Below, piece after piece: positions 28,886 to 38,635 of a stretch of 64,000 nucleotides of DNA (positions are counted from its first letter, which is position 1; each line of letters starts with the position of its first letter). A program made the position numbers and the translations under genes. The stretch is from Bacteroidetes bacterium GWF2_35_48 (lineage in GTDB: Bacteria; Bacteroidota; Bacteroidia; Bacteroidales; GWF2-35-48), in assembly GCA_001769125.1 (NCBI GenBank), contig MEOG01000093.1:1726-65725 (forward strand), given 5' to 3'. The notes below the pieces were generated by a model. The model was not told where the DNA came from, ran no database searches, and saw only the letters and a list, made by a program, of their open reading frames with translations.

Positions 28886-30729
28886 AACCTGTTGTCTAAC
28901 TCTTCGTTAGATAGAATTGATATGATTGTTTTGCCGTCGTAGGTATAATTCGGTACGGAGCATAAAAAAAGCTGATTAAATAAAATTTTCATTTCTTCTA
29001 AAGCAAGGGACTTTGAATAATTTACTGATGAGGCCTTAGCCAGCGCCCATGCCGCTTTCTCCTGAACACTTGTCTTAATATCGCCCTGTGTTATTTTATA
29101 GTTTTCAAGAAAATTGCTTACAATATTCTCAATGTTTCCGGTATCAATGTTACCCGGTGTACCATTAATTATAAAAGATCTTCCACCAAATTCGCTTATT
29201 TCAAAACCCAGGGCATTTATATCAGGCATAATTTCTTTTAACAATTCAGCATCCGCTGCATTTAATTCAATGGTAACAGGGAAAAGCATTTTCTGAACTT
29301 CTTTTTTATTAGCAGAAGCCATGATTAAATAGCGTTCAAATAAAATTCTTTCATGCGCCCTTTTTTGATGAATCATCATTAGTCCATTTTTAACCGGAGT
29401 CAAAATGTATTTATTTTTAAACTGAAAAAACAAATTTTTTTCTACGCTTTCATTGCTTAGACCTTTTGCAAACAAATCTTCTTCTGATTTTGAAGAAGAA
29501 AAATCATCTCTCTCATTTTTTTCTATACCCTCGTAAAGTGCTTCCCAGTTCTTTTTGTTGTCATTATTATGCTTTTCAAAAAAATCATGAATATTCGAAT
29601 TGGAACTCAATCTTTTTACATTATCAAAAGGATTAAATTCGGGATTTATTTTTACTTCAGGGACTTTAATTTCTGTATCATCTGTAAGCATGGGTATGTC
29701 TACAAATTTTTCAATATCAAAATCAATAGAAGGAACAATATTAAATTTTCCCAAAGCTTCTTTAACGGAAGCCTGAATAATTTGCCAAATTAAATATTCA
29801 TCGCAAAATTTAATTTCTGTTTTAGTAGGATGAATATTTACGTCAATTTTAGAAGGGTCTATTGAAAAATAAAGGAAAAACGAAAGCATTGTATTAGGGG
29901 GAAGAATTTTTTCATACGCAATAGAAACAGCTTTGTAAAAATAAGGGTGTCTCATATAACGCTTATTCACAAAAAAGAACTGCTCCCCGGATGTTTTTCT
30001 TGCAAATTCGGGTTTTCCGATATAACCTTTTATCCCTATCATTGTTGTTTCTGTATCCACGGGAATAAGATTCTGCTGAATATTTTTTCCGAAAACATTG
30101 ATGATTTTTTGTTTCAAAGGAGAAATAGGGAGATTATAAATTTCTTCATCATTATGGAAAAGAGAAAAAGCAATATCCGTATTTGCTAAAGCTATTCTCT
30201 GTATTTCTTCAATTATGTGGCGGAACTCAGTCTGTGGAGATTTTAAAAATTTTCTTCTTGCCGGAACATTGAAAAATAAATTTTTTACAGCAAAGCTGGT
30301 TCCATCAGAGCATGAAACAGGCTGCTGGCTTTCAACTTCAGAAGCACTGATGAGAATACATGTTCCGATTTCGTCTTCTTTACGTTTTGATTTCATCTCA
30401 ACCTGCGCTATTGCAGCAACAGACGCAAGCGCTTCTCCTCTGAAACCCATTGTTCGTATGCAGAACAAATCATTCGCAGTTTTTATTTTTGAAGTAGCAT
30501 GGCGTTCAAAACACAAGCGTGCATCTGTTTCAGACATACCACAACCATTATCAATAATCTGAATCAATGTTCTGCCTGCATCTTTAATTATTATTTTTAT
30601 GAAAGTACTTCCAGCATCTACAGCATTCTCTACAAGTTCTTTCACAACAGATGCTGGTCGCTGAATTACTTCGCCGGCAGCAATCTGGTTCGCTACAGAA
30701 TCGGGAAGAAGTTTTATTATATCGGACAT
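28882..30729 (-). CDS. mutL: DNA mismatch repair endonuclease MutL
   Basis: NQIAAGEVIQRPASVVKELVENAVDAG, HATSKI, GFRGEALAS, DVNIHPTKTE, HQKRAHERILFE. Confidence 0.97.
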   Translation of the reverse strand: MSDIIKLLPDSVANQIAAGEVIQRPASVVKELVENAVDAGSTFIKIIIKDAGRTLIQIIDNGCGMSETDARLCFERHATSKIKTANDLFCIRTMGFRGEALASVAAIAQVEMKSKRKEDEIGTCILISASEVESQQPVSCSDGTSFAVKNLFFNVPARRKFLKSPQTEFRHIIEEIQRIALANTDIAFSLFHNDEEIYNLPISPLKQKIINVFGKNIQQNLIPVDTETTMIGIKGYIGKPEFARKTSGEQFFFVNKRYMRHPYFYKAVSIAYEKILPPNTMLSFFLYFSIDPSKIDVNIHPTKTEIKFCDEYLIWQIIQASVKEALGKFNIVPSIDFDIEKFVDIPMLTDDTEIKVPEVKINPEFNPFDNVKRLSSNSNIHDFFEKHNNDNKKNWEALYEGIEKNERDDFSSSKSEEDLFAKGLSNESVEKNLFFQFKNKYILTPVKNGLMMIHQKRAHERILFERYLIMASANKKEVQKMLFPVTIELNAADAELLKEIMPDINALGFEISEFGGRSFIINGTPGNIDTGNIENIVSNFLENYKITQGDIKTSVQEKAAWALAKASSVNYSKSLALEEMKILFNQLFLCSVPNYTYDGKTIISILSNEELDNRF

Positions 30730-30744
30730 ATTATTTCATATAAA

Positions 30745-30843
30745 TATTGGGGATATGGGGATGTGGATACGTTGCATGCTTCGACACTTCGACAAACTCA
30801 GTGCGACGCTTCGCTCAGCACAGGTGCAACGTATTTACATGCC
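30745..30843. repeat. Filled hairpin element: TGTGGATACGTTGCA[48-bp nested REP]TGCAACGTATTTACATGCC
   Basis: Insert at 30777-30824; the empty form is at 44426-44459. Confidence 0.85.
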
Positions 30844-30864
30844 AAACTCAATGCCAACCAATCA

Positions 30865-31902
30865 TCATTTCAGGATTTTGTTCAGTGGTTTTTTCATTGT
30901 GTTCATAATTTTATCGGTTTTTTGCTTTAGAGGAGTTTTGGAGTAATCTTCCATTTTTAAATCCACCCAAATTTTATTTTTTGAGATTTCAACAGATTTC
31001 AAAGATACGGACAGTGTGTTGCTGGAAACATTCCGATTCAGATTTTCATCTTTTGAATTATCGTAATTACTGTTTGTATCGCTTTTATAGAGGTCTGTAG
31101 CAGTTTTGTTTTTTGAAATCATCATATTAGACGCTGAAATAATGTTCTGTAAAACCGCATCCAGATATGCTTTCCATATTCCTTTTTTCATGTTTGAATA
31201 TCCTCCATATTTTGCCAGATCTATTACTCTTTCCGTTGAATTTTCATATTCCTGCATTGTAGACGTAGAGGATTCAATTGTGTCTTGAAACGTTGAAGCA
31301 ATAGAAACGTCCACATTATTTTCATCCACACAATCGAAATAAAATTTAAGAGAATCGCCGGTTCTTCCTTTCACATCAATAGCTGCCATGCTGAAATTTG
31401 AAGCTGATTTGGACGCTTCATCAATTCTGAATTCCTGCAAAAAAGAAATACATTCAACTTTAAGGGTATCTTTAAATTTGCAAGTGTCGGGTGTTGTCAG
31501 AACTTCCCGGATGAGAACAATGGCCTCCATGTCGGAAGTGTATTTTTTATTTACAATTTCTAAACGTGTAGTGTCAATAATATATTTGGAATATATTTTA
31601 GAAAGTTTTTCGAGTTTTTCCGTATAAATATTCACTCCGTCCTGCTTGTCACTTTTATAAAGATCTATAGCCTGTTGAACCGTACACTGATGAAAAACGG
31701 CAAGCATGGCTTTCGCGCGCAGTAACGCAAGTTGATATGCCTGTCCTTCTTCCATTTTCGGATCAGAAATTCCAATGGAATAGATACGTTTAGCATTAGA
31801 TTTAGGAATGCTTGTTACCCAACCCGGAAGATTTGTGGGAATCTGTGCATAAACCGAAAAGGATGCAATAATAAATACAATTACAAAAATAATATTCCGC
31901 AT
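30865..31902 (-). CDS. Hypothetical exported protein (LPP20-like N-terminus)
   Basis: Signal peptide MRNIIFVIVFIIASFSVYAQ; P.WV..IP..N...YSIGISDP..EE..A...ALLRA pattern. Confidence 0.7.
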   Translation of the reverse strand: MRNIIFVIVFIIASFSVYAQIPTNLPGWVTSIPKSNAKRIYSIGISDPKMEEGQAYQLALLRAKAMLAVFHQCTVQQAIDLYKSDKQDGVNIYTEKLEKLSKIYSKYIIDTTRLEIVNKKYTSDMEAIVLIREVLTTPDTCKFKDTLKVECISFLQEFRIDEASKSASNFSMAAIDVKGRTGDSLKFYFDCVDENNVDVSIASTFQDTIESSTSTMQEYENSTERVIDLAKYGGYSNMKKGIWKAYLDAVLQNIISASNMMISKNKTATDLYKSDTNSNYDNSKDENLNRNVSSNTLSVSLKSVEISKNKIWVDLKMEDYSKTPLKQKTDKIMNTMKKPLNKILK

Positions 31903-31970
31903 AATTAAAAATTTATTATGCAAACCTAATGTAAATTTCGAGAAAAAGCAAGTGTAATTCTATCAAGAGA

Positions 31971-33188
31971 TTACTCAATTCCTTTTACATAATTTTCTAA
32001 GTAAGCAAATCTCTCAGTGAGTTTTCCTCCCTTTGCAATAGTTGCCCTTTCAATGACTCCATCTTTATCTTCCTCCAAAAGGTGTGGGAAAATATTTTCC
32101 ATCAGCCGGTCTCCAAAATATTGAGAAGCATCGCGGGGCAGCTCGCCGGGAAGATTATCCACAGACATTACAGTAATATTGCTAAAACTCCATGGGTCGT
32201 CTTCTTTTTCAGTGCAGGGATTATAACCATAAAAAGGTTCTGCAATAGTTGAAGCACGCAGCGTTGAAGGAATTGGAATCTTAATATCGCAGCTTATGTC
32301 GGCAATTATCTGTATTTTGAAATCTTTCTGCCTGATATGTTCTTTAGTAAAAAAGACAGGTGAGCGCGGGTCCCAAAAATGACATGGGATAAGAATATCA
32401 GTAACTTTCGTGTAAGGAAGAAATGTTGAAACATATTCATCCGGATGCTGAAAAAAATGTGCAAGGTCAAAATCCTTACCATCTTTATGTTTCACATAAT
32501 CATGAGGCTCTATCTGACAAACAACAGGTTCATTAAAATGCTGCGTTAGAAATTCAGAAGGACTGACATTTTTCAGATTCAGATGCGATAAGGTTTGTAA
32601 AGCGCCATGAGCAACACGACCACCACCTGTAATAAGAATTTTAACATTCGGAAGTTTCACTTTTTTAACTTCATCCACCATCTCTATCATATCATGACAC
32701 AAGTATGCGCGTTCCAATTCATAGGCTTTTGTTTTCTTTCCCCATCCGATAAGCGCATTGTAAGCTCCCACAACGCCTGCCCAGTGCCCGAAGGCTACAA
32801 GTCTTGCTCCATTTTTATCTGTCAGATACTCGTAATCAATAAGTGTGATATTTTTTTTCAATATTTCCTGAAGAAGAGGTCTGTTATACGATTGTTTTTT
32901 TGCCGTATGTGAAAAAAACATATAAGTTTTATCAGGGATTAACGTTTCAATTGCTACTTCTTTAATTCCAATCAAAAGATCGCAATGTGATATATCTTCA
33001 ACAACGTGATGACCGAGCAGGTTATATTCTTCATCTTTATATCCCCTTAAATTGCTGGGCTGAACAAAAACATCCCACCTGGGATATTGCTTCAGTGTTT
33101 CAATTCCCTGTTTCGGAGTTAGCGCTACGCGCCTGTCTGTGGGTATTTTTGTTTCTTTCAGCAGTGCTATTTTTTTTCTGTTCGGCAT
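31971..33188 (-). CDS. AlaDH/PNT-fold NAD(P)-dependent oxidoreductase (lysine-ketoglutarate reductase / saccharopine dehydrogenase-like)
   Basis: ETKIPTDRRVALTP, GIKEV, FFSHTAKKQ, LIDYEYL, ITGGGRVAHGA, IADISCD, SVDNLPGELPRDAS. Confidence 0.85.
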   Translation of the reverse strand: MPNRKKIALLKETKIPTDRRVALTPKQGIETLKQYPRWDVFVQPSNLRGYKDEEYNLLGHHVVEDISHCDLLIGIKEVAIETLIPDKTYMFFSHTAKKQSYNRPLLQEILKKNITLIDYEYLTDKNGARLVAFGHWAGVVGAYNALIGWGKKTKAYELERAYLCHDMIEMVDEVKKVKLPNVKILITGGGRVAHGALQTLSHLNLKNVSPSEFLTQHFNEPVVCQIEPHDYVKHKDGKDFDLAHFFQHPDEYVSTFLPYTKVTDILIPCHFWDPRSPVFFTKEHIRQKDFKIQIIADISCDIKIPIPSTLRASTIAEPFYGYNPCTEKEDDPWSFSNITVMSVDNLPGELPRDASQYFGDRLMENIFPHLLEEDKDGVIERATIAKGGKLTERFAYLENYVKGIE

Positions 33189-33289
33189 ATTTAAATAATT
33201 AGATAAAAATCAGATGTTTGTATGAGTTTGTATGAGTTTTGAATTTTTGCGAAATTATATTTTTTCACATACAATCCCCAAAGTTTTTG

Positions 33290-33297
33290 TATATTTG
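33290..33297 (+). promoter_or_regulatory. Bacteroidota -7 box TATATTTG, probable tmRNA promoter
   Basis: Matches TAnnTTTG, 30 bp upstream of the mature 5' end. Confidence 0.5.
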
Positions 33298-33327
33298 TAA
33301 ACATTTTTGATTTTTCTCTTACAATAT

Positions 33328-33719
33328 GGGGCCGGTTTTGGTTTTGACAGCAAGTTGAAAGGATATGTAAGCATGCCGGGTAACGTGGTTCTTCCCGTAA
33401 AAAAGTACTGCAAACAATTAAAAGGCGAAAATTCATACGCGCTTGCAGCTTAATCACCAAGTGACTTAAGCACAGAACAGGACAAGGTCTTGTTCCAGGC
33501 TGTTCCGCTACAGATTTTTCTCAGCAATCTGAAGCATCGGAGCACTAGTTCTGTTGAGATAGCATTTGTGATGTTTCTAAGCAATTGCGAAATAACAGAA
33601 ACTAAGGTTCAGATAGGTCTCTTTTCTCCAGTCTGCACCCTACAATTTCAGAAAAGATAAGCATGTAGAAAGCATATTGGTTCCTTGTTTGGACCCGGGT
33701 TCGACTCCCGGCGGTTCCA
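33328..33719 (+). ncRNA. ssrA: tmRNA; tag peptide (A)GENSYALAA at 33424-33453
   Basis: 5' GGGGCCG..GGTTTTGAC; T-arm CCGGGTTCGACTCCCGG; acceptor 3' strand CGGTTCC-A; tag ORF ends YALAA-TAA; CCA is not fully encoded. Confidence 0.96.
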
Positions 33720-33736
33720 CACATTTAAGAAACACA

Positions 33737-33780
33737 AATGCCTGTAAATCGAATATTAAGATTTACAGGCGTTCTTTTTT
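33737..33780 (+). terminator. Intrinsic terminator after tmRNA
   Basis: GCCTGTAAATC/GATTTACAGGC perfect 11-bp stem with a 9-nt loop, followed by GTTCTTTTTT. Confidence 0.8.
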
Positions 33781-34142
33781 AGCCCACCATTAGCCCACTT
33801 GTTAATAAAAAGTTATTAAAAAAACCGGAATTAATCCGGCTTGTAAAATTTCAATTAAAACATTCAATAATTTGTAAATGCTTAAATTTATGAAAAACCT
33901 GCTTTATTAATTTTTGGTATTTTTTTTTAGCTGAACTATCTTACGAATGTATCTTTTAGTTCTCTCTCAATAAAAAACTTCTGTAGTGTCCCGCAGCAAT
34001 AAATCGGGCTGAATGTATTTCCATTTCACTCAATCATAGGTTAGACAATTCTTCTTTAACCATGTTGCCAAGAACTTCATTCTGATTTACCTCTGATGAA
34101 TTATTAAATGTTACACTGTATTCTGTTCGTTGAATAACATAA

Positions 34143-34826
34143 TCAGGAAAGGATTTTGTTGATTTTTTCAATTACTAAAGAAAGTCGCTCGTTAAGCATA
34201 TTGGGATGAATGTGTGCGCTTACTATTTCTTCGAAATACATGCTATCTTTTATTTTTATAAGTTCTTTTTTCAAATAGCTTTTTACCTGTAGGTCTGCAT
34301 TGATAACGTCTTCTGCTGCGGTAGTACAATTGTCAAGCACATAAATAATATCTTCAAAATCATGACTGGTTCGGTAATCTTTGCCCCTGTCGTTAAATGC
34401 TTCAAATTTGGTAGCTAGAAAGTAGGGAAGTTGAAATATCTGAATATTATGTTTCCCGACCTTCACCGATTTTAAATAACTGAAACCAGGTTTATACCAG
34501 CGGTTAGCTTTTCCCACAGGACTATCTTCTGAAGGAATAATGTCTATCAGGATTCCTTTGTAGATAAAATTACACATGGCATGTCCTTCTGGATTTGGGT
34601 ATATACGAAGTTTTTGCAGCGTTTCCTGGAGTTTAATCCAGTTGGAATATCCCGTAAGCTGAACTGTAAAATCAATATCATTGGTTGTTCTTACTTCATC
34701 AGCAGCAGGGTCGTCAATATACATTGAAATTACAGATCCACCTACAAAAACAATTTCATGCAGCAGGTCTTTTAAAACATCGGCTACTTCTTCAACCGCA
34801 TTTAGGTCAATAGCTCTAAAGTTCAT
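34143..34826 (-). CDS. AbiEii/AbiGii-like nucleotidyltransferase toxin
   Basis: VFVGGS and RTTNDIDF (DNA pol beta-like NTase motif), YFLATKFEAF..RG, SHDFEDI. Confidence 0.8.
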   Translation of the reverse strand: MNFRAIDLNAVEEVADVLKDLLHEIVFVGGSVISMYIDDPAADEVRTTNDIDFTVQLTGYSNWIKLQETLQKLRIYPNPEGHAMCNFIYKGILIDIIPSEDSPVGKANRWYKPGFSYLKSVKVGKHNIQIFQLPYFLATKFEAFNDRGKDYRTSHDFEDIIYVLDNCTTAAEDVINADLQVKSYLKKELIKIKDSMYFEEIVSAHIHPNMLNERLSLVIEKINKILS

Positions 34827-35319
34827 TCTGAAATTTGTTTTTTAATTCTTTTATCGCAATATTTTTTTCTCGCACTTTTCCTACCCGCAATGCATCGGTA
34901 AGTGCCAGCAACTGATACAGCTTTTCGTCTTCGATTACCGCTTTTACTACAGAGGGGTATAATGGTCCAATGGTTTGTCCACGTACAGTTCCTTTGGCGT
35001 AGGGCCAAACATAAATTTCAGAACTGTTTATCAAAGCACTGAGCGGAGGAGCAGAATGAGCAGTAGGTATTCCACGAACAAGTGCTCCAGGACGCTGCGG
35101 AAAAACATACGAAAGACCATATTGCAGGAAGTCGATAAATCCAAGACGCATTACTTTTTTTCCATCAGTATCAAGCAGACCAGAGTACTTTGAGCGGGCA
35201 ACCGATTGGCTGATTTCAGACTGACTTATTTTTAATGCATCGGCAAGGGCAGATTGCTGCCAGTTGTTATTATTCCAAGCTATAATTTTTAGTAGAATCA
35301 CTACATCCTGTGGTTTCAT
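34816..35319 (-). CDS. Putative antitoxin / HTH regulator of a type IV TA pair
   Basis: MKPQDVVILLK; HTH-like LADALKISQSEISQS; RGIPTAHSAPPL; LLALTDALRVG; overlaps the toxin start by 11 bp. Confidence 0.72.
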   Translation of the reverse strand: MKPQDVVILLKIIAWNNNNWQQSALADALKISQSEISQSVARSKYSGLLDTDGKKVMRLGFIDFLQYGLSYVFPQRPGALVRGIPTAHSAPPLSALINSSEIYVWPYAKGTVRGQTIGPLYPSVVKAVIEDEKLYQLLALTDALRVGKVREKNIAIKELKNKFQNEL

Positions 35320-35354
35320 CGTATATTGAATCTGTCGCATAAAAAATAATATAT

Positions 35355-35442
35355 TTAATATTGCAAATCGCAATATTAATAATTAATATGCTGAAAAACA
35401 AATATTTTATTAATAATATCTGATATTGCGATTTGCAATATT
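35355..35442. promoter_or_regulatory. Twin palindromic operator upstream of the TA pair
   Basis: AATATTGCAAATCGCAATAT (35357-35376) and its exact reverse complement (35423-35442); each site is itself ATATTGC-N5-GCAATAT. Confidence 0.75.
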
Positions 35443-35571
35443 ATTTCAACATCTCATTCAGCAATTTTCGCTTTTGATTTTTATATGTTTTATTTTTTTT
35501 ATAATTGTATTTCTGTTGCTTTAAAAAAAATATTATCTTTCGCTTTTTAATTTTGAAACCTTTGCATACCC

Positions 35572-38500
35572 ATGAGCATTAATTTCAATTTAAAATTTGA
35601 CAAAAATAAAGAGAGCGGTTTTCAGAAAGATTACTTTTCTAAATCTGAAAAAATAATCCGTATAGGTCTTGGTTTAGGTATTTTTCTGTATGCCGTTTTT
35701 GGAATTTTAGACATCTGGATTCTTCCAGAAACAAAACACATCGCCTGGATAATTCGATTTGCTGTCGTTGTACCTGTTTTCCTTATTCTTCTTCTGCTTA
35801 CAAAATCAGGAATATTTAAAAAATATCATCAGATTTTACTTTCATTAGGAGGTCTTGTTGCCGGTTTGGGAATTATCGTTATGATTGCATTTTCAAATAA
35901 AAATGAACCCGGTTATCATTACTACTATTCAGGTTTGATATTGGTTATTATGTGGGTTCATACCTTTGTTCGCCTGAGATTTGTATCCAGTACGGTTGTT
36001 TCTCTTCTTATTACTCTTTGTTACGAAATTACCGCCATTTTTTTTCAGGATTTACTCAACGGAGAATCTGCTGTTTTCTTTAACAATAATTTCTTTTTTA
36101 TTTCAGCAAATGTAATTGGAATGTTTGCATCCTATAATTTGGAATCTTTATCAAGAAAAGAATTTATTCATAGAAAAGAAACTGAAAAAGAAGTAGCATC
36201 AGCGTTACAGAAGAGCGAAGAAATCTCAACACAGAAAGAAGAAATTCTTCAGAAAAATGATGAACTTCATGCACAAAAAGAAGAAATTGATAAACACACA
36301 CAGGCACTTGTTAATGTCAATCGTGAACTTGAGCAATTATCGGTTGTTGCAAAAAAAACGGATAATGCAATCATGATAACAGACATCAAGGGGAATATTG
36401 AATGGGTAAACGAAGGTTTTACGCGACTTTACGGCTATAATCTTGATCAGCTTTTTCTCTTCAAAGGAAATAACCTGCTGAACATTTCAACAAATATTTG
36501 TTTGAATGAAGTAATACAGCATGGATTCAAAGGAAGAGAAGCAATTGTTTATGAAACACAGACTACAACAAAATTCGGAGAAAAAATTTGGGTGCAAACA
36601 ACCTTAACTCCGGTTCTCAATGATAAAAAAGAAGTAATAAAACTTGTGGCTATTGATAGTAATATCAATAAAATAAAAAAAGCCGAAGAAGAAATTCTCA
36701 AGCAGAAACAAGAAATTGAACAGAAAAAAGAAGTGCTTCAAAGGCAAAATGATATTATTGAGCAGGCTTTTCAGAATATTAAAATACTGAATCAAATTGG
36801 GCAGAATATCATTTCAACATTAGAAATAGAAAAAATCAGCGATATTGTTTACAACAGCATTAACGCTATGATGGATGCTTCTGTTTTTGTAATTGCAATT
36901 CATGACCCTAAAAAAAATGCGCTGGTATCTTTAACAGGAAAAGAAAAAGGAAAAAAACTTCCTTCTTTTTCGTGGGAACTGGACAATGAATCAAGGCTTG
37001 CTGCATGGTGCTTTACGAATCAAAAACATGTGTTGGTAAACAATTTTACAGAAGAATGGAGTAAATATCTAAAAAATATAAAACCTCCGGTTATTGGTGA
37101 AAATGCGAGATCAATTATTTATTATCCCTTAACAATAAAAGACAAATATATTGGGGTTATTACAGTTCAGAGTTTTGAAGTAAATGCATTTAATGAATAC
37201 CATTGCAATATAATTAAAAATTTAGCATTGTACGTTTCCATTGCACTTGATAATGCAAAAGCATACAGAGAAATTATTGAGCAGAAAAACCGTATTGAAA
37301 AAACCAATAAGGAGCTTGAAAAACTTTCTATCGTTGCCAGTAAAACCGACAATGCAGTTATTATTGCAGAACCCGATGGTCGTGTTGAATGGGTTAATGA
37401 GGGCTTTACCCGTATCTATGGGTATAATTTGAGTCAATTGGAAATTTTCCTTGGGAATAATCTTTTGAATCTTGCATCCAGTCCTGTTCTTAAGGATGTA
37501 ATTGAAACCGGATTTAAAGATCGCGATGCCATTATTTATGAAAATCTGGTAACTACAAAATACAGAGAAAAAATTTGGGTGCAAACAACGCTAACTCCCA
37601 TTCTTAATGAGAAGAAAGAAGTTGTGAAATTGGTTGCCATTGACACCAATATTCACAAGAGAAAAATGGCTGAAGAAGAAATCATACGTCAGAAAGACGA
37701 GCTTGAAACGCAGCGTGATTTCGTGATGCGACAGGGAGATAAAATTGCCAGCCAGAATGTTAAAATAAAACAGCAGCGCGACCTTGTAATACGCCAGAAA
37801 AAAGAAATCACGGACAGTATTCAGTACGCTCAGAGAATACAAAGCGCAATTCTTCCGAGAAAAGAACAATTAGATAATATTTTCAGTGAATACCTCGTTC
37901 TTTTCCGCCCAAAAGACATTGTCAGCGGAGACTTTTATTGGGTACACGAACAAAACAATCATATATTCTTTGCCGCAGTAGACTGTACCGGTCATGGCGT
38001 ACCGGGAGCTTTTATGAGCATGCTGGGTATAAGTTATCTTAATGAGATTGTGGTTGAGAAAGGAATTACAGAACCCGCACAAATATTAACAAGATTAAGA
38101 AATATTGTAATTAGTACATTGCATCAGACAGGACAAGTTGGAGAATCAAAAGATGGTATGGATATCTCTCTGTGTGTATTTGACAGAAAAACAAATATTC
38201 TGAAATACTCCGGAGCAAATAACCCTGTTTATATTATAAGAAAAAATGATTTGCCACCGATCGAGAAAGAAGGACTGCCTTGTATTTTCCACACCAATCC
38301 TGATGTTCCGGATTATATTCTAAACGAAATCAAAGCAGATAAAATGCCAATAGGTGTTCATCTTAAAGAAATGAGCCCTTTTACGAATCACTTTATTCCT
38401 TTGATGGAAAATGATACTATTTATATTTTTTCAGACGGCTATGCAGACCAGTTTGGTGGAGAGCGACATAAAAAATTCATGTCGAAAAAATTCAAAGACC

Positions 38501-38625
38501 TTTTGTTGTCGCTTCAAAAAACTCCATTAAAGGAACAGAGAAAAGAAATTACAGCCGTTTTTGAGGCGTGGAAAGGACAGTACGAACAGGTTGATGATGT
38601 GCTGGTAATTGGCGTGAAAGTGTAG
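35572..38625 (+). CDS. Multi-TM sensor, PAS-GAF-PAS, SpoIIE/PP2C phosphatase
   Basis: About 5-6 N-terminal TM helices; duplicated TDNA..EWVNEGFTR.YGY PAS module; GAF YYPLTIKDKYIGVITVQS; PKDIVSGDFYW, VDCTGHGVPGAFMS, DGMD, FSDGYADQFGG, QVDDVLVIG. Confidence 0.9.
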   Translation: MSINFNLKFDKNKESGFQKDYFSKSEKIIRIGLGLGIFLYAVFGILDIWILPETKHIAWIIRFAVVVPVFLILLLLTKSGIFKKYHQILLSLGGLVAGLGIIVMIAFSNKNEPGYHYYYSGLILVIMWVHTFVRLRFVSSTVVSLLITLCYEITAIFFQDLLNGESAVFFNNNFFFISANVIGMFASYNLESLSRKEFIHRKETEKEVASALQKSEEISTQKEEILQKNDELHAQKEEIDKHTQALVNVNRELEQLSVVAKKTDNAIMITDIKGNIEWVNEGFTRLYGYNLDQLFLFKGNNLLNISTNICLNEVIQHGFKGREAIVYETQTTTKFGEKIWVQTTLTPVLNDKKEVIKLVAIDSNINKIKKAEEEILKQKQEIEQKKEVLQRQNDIIEQAFQNIKILNQIGQNIISTLEIEKISDIVYNSINAMMDASVFVIAIHDPKKNALVSLTGKEKGKKLPSFSWELDNESRLAAWCFTNQKHVLVNNFTEEWSKYLKNIKPPVIGENARSIIYYPLTIKDKYIGVITVQSFEVNAFNEYHCNIIKNLALYVSIALDNAKAYREIIEQKNRIEKTNKELEKLSIVASKTDNAVIIAEPDGRVEWVNEGFTRIYGYNLSQLEIFLGNNLLNLASSPVLKDVIETGFKDRDAIIYENLVTTKYREKIWVQTTLTPILNEKKEVVKLVAIDTNIHKRKMAEEEIIRQKDELETQRDFVMRQGDKIASQNVKIKQQRDLVIRQKKEITDSIQYAQRIQSAILPRKEQLDNIFSEYLVLFRPKDIVSGDFYWVHEQNNHIFFAAVDCTGHGVPGAFMSMLGISYLNEIVVEKGITEPAQILTRLRNIVISTLHQTGQVGESKDGMDISLCVFDRKTNILKYSGANNPVYIIRKNDLPPIEKEGLPCIFHTNPDVPDYILNEIKADKMPIGVHLKEMSPFTNHFIPLMENDTIYIFSDGYADQFGGERHKKFMSKKFKDLLLSLQKTPLKEQRKEITAVFEAWKGQYEQVDDVLVIGVKV

Positions 38626-38635
38626 AATTACGAAT

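Noticed and set aside
30499-30946. ORFs 30499-30930 and 30755-30946 (+)
   Set aside because: Antisense to mutL and the next gene, and read through a REP element.
33781-34142. Integrase remnant, att site or pseudogene after tmRNA
   Set aside because: Only a short TAGCCCAC direct repeat and an interrupted signal-peptide-like stretch (MKNLLY*FLVFFFS*) are visible; I saw no duplicate of the tmRNA 3' end and no integrase motif.
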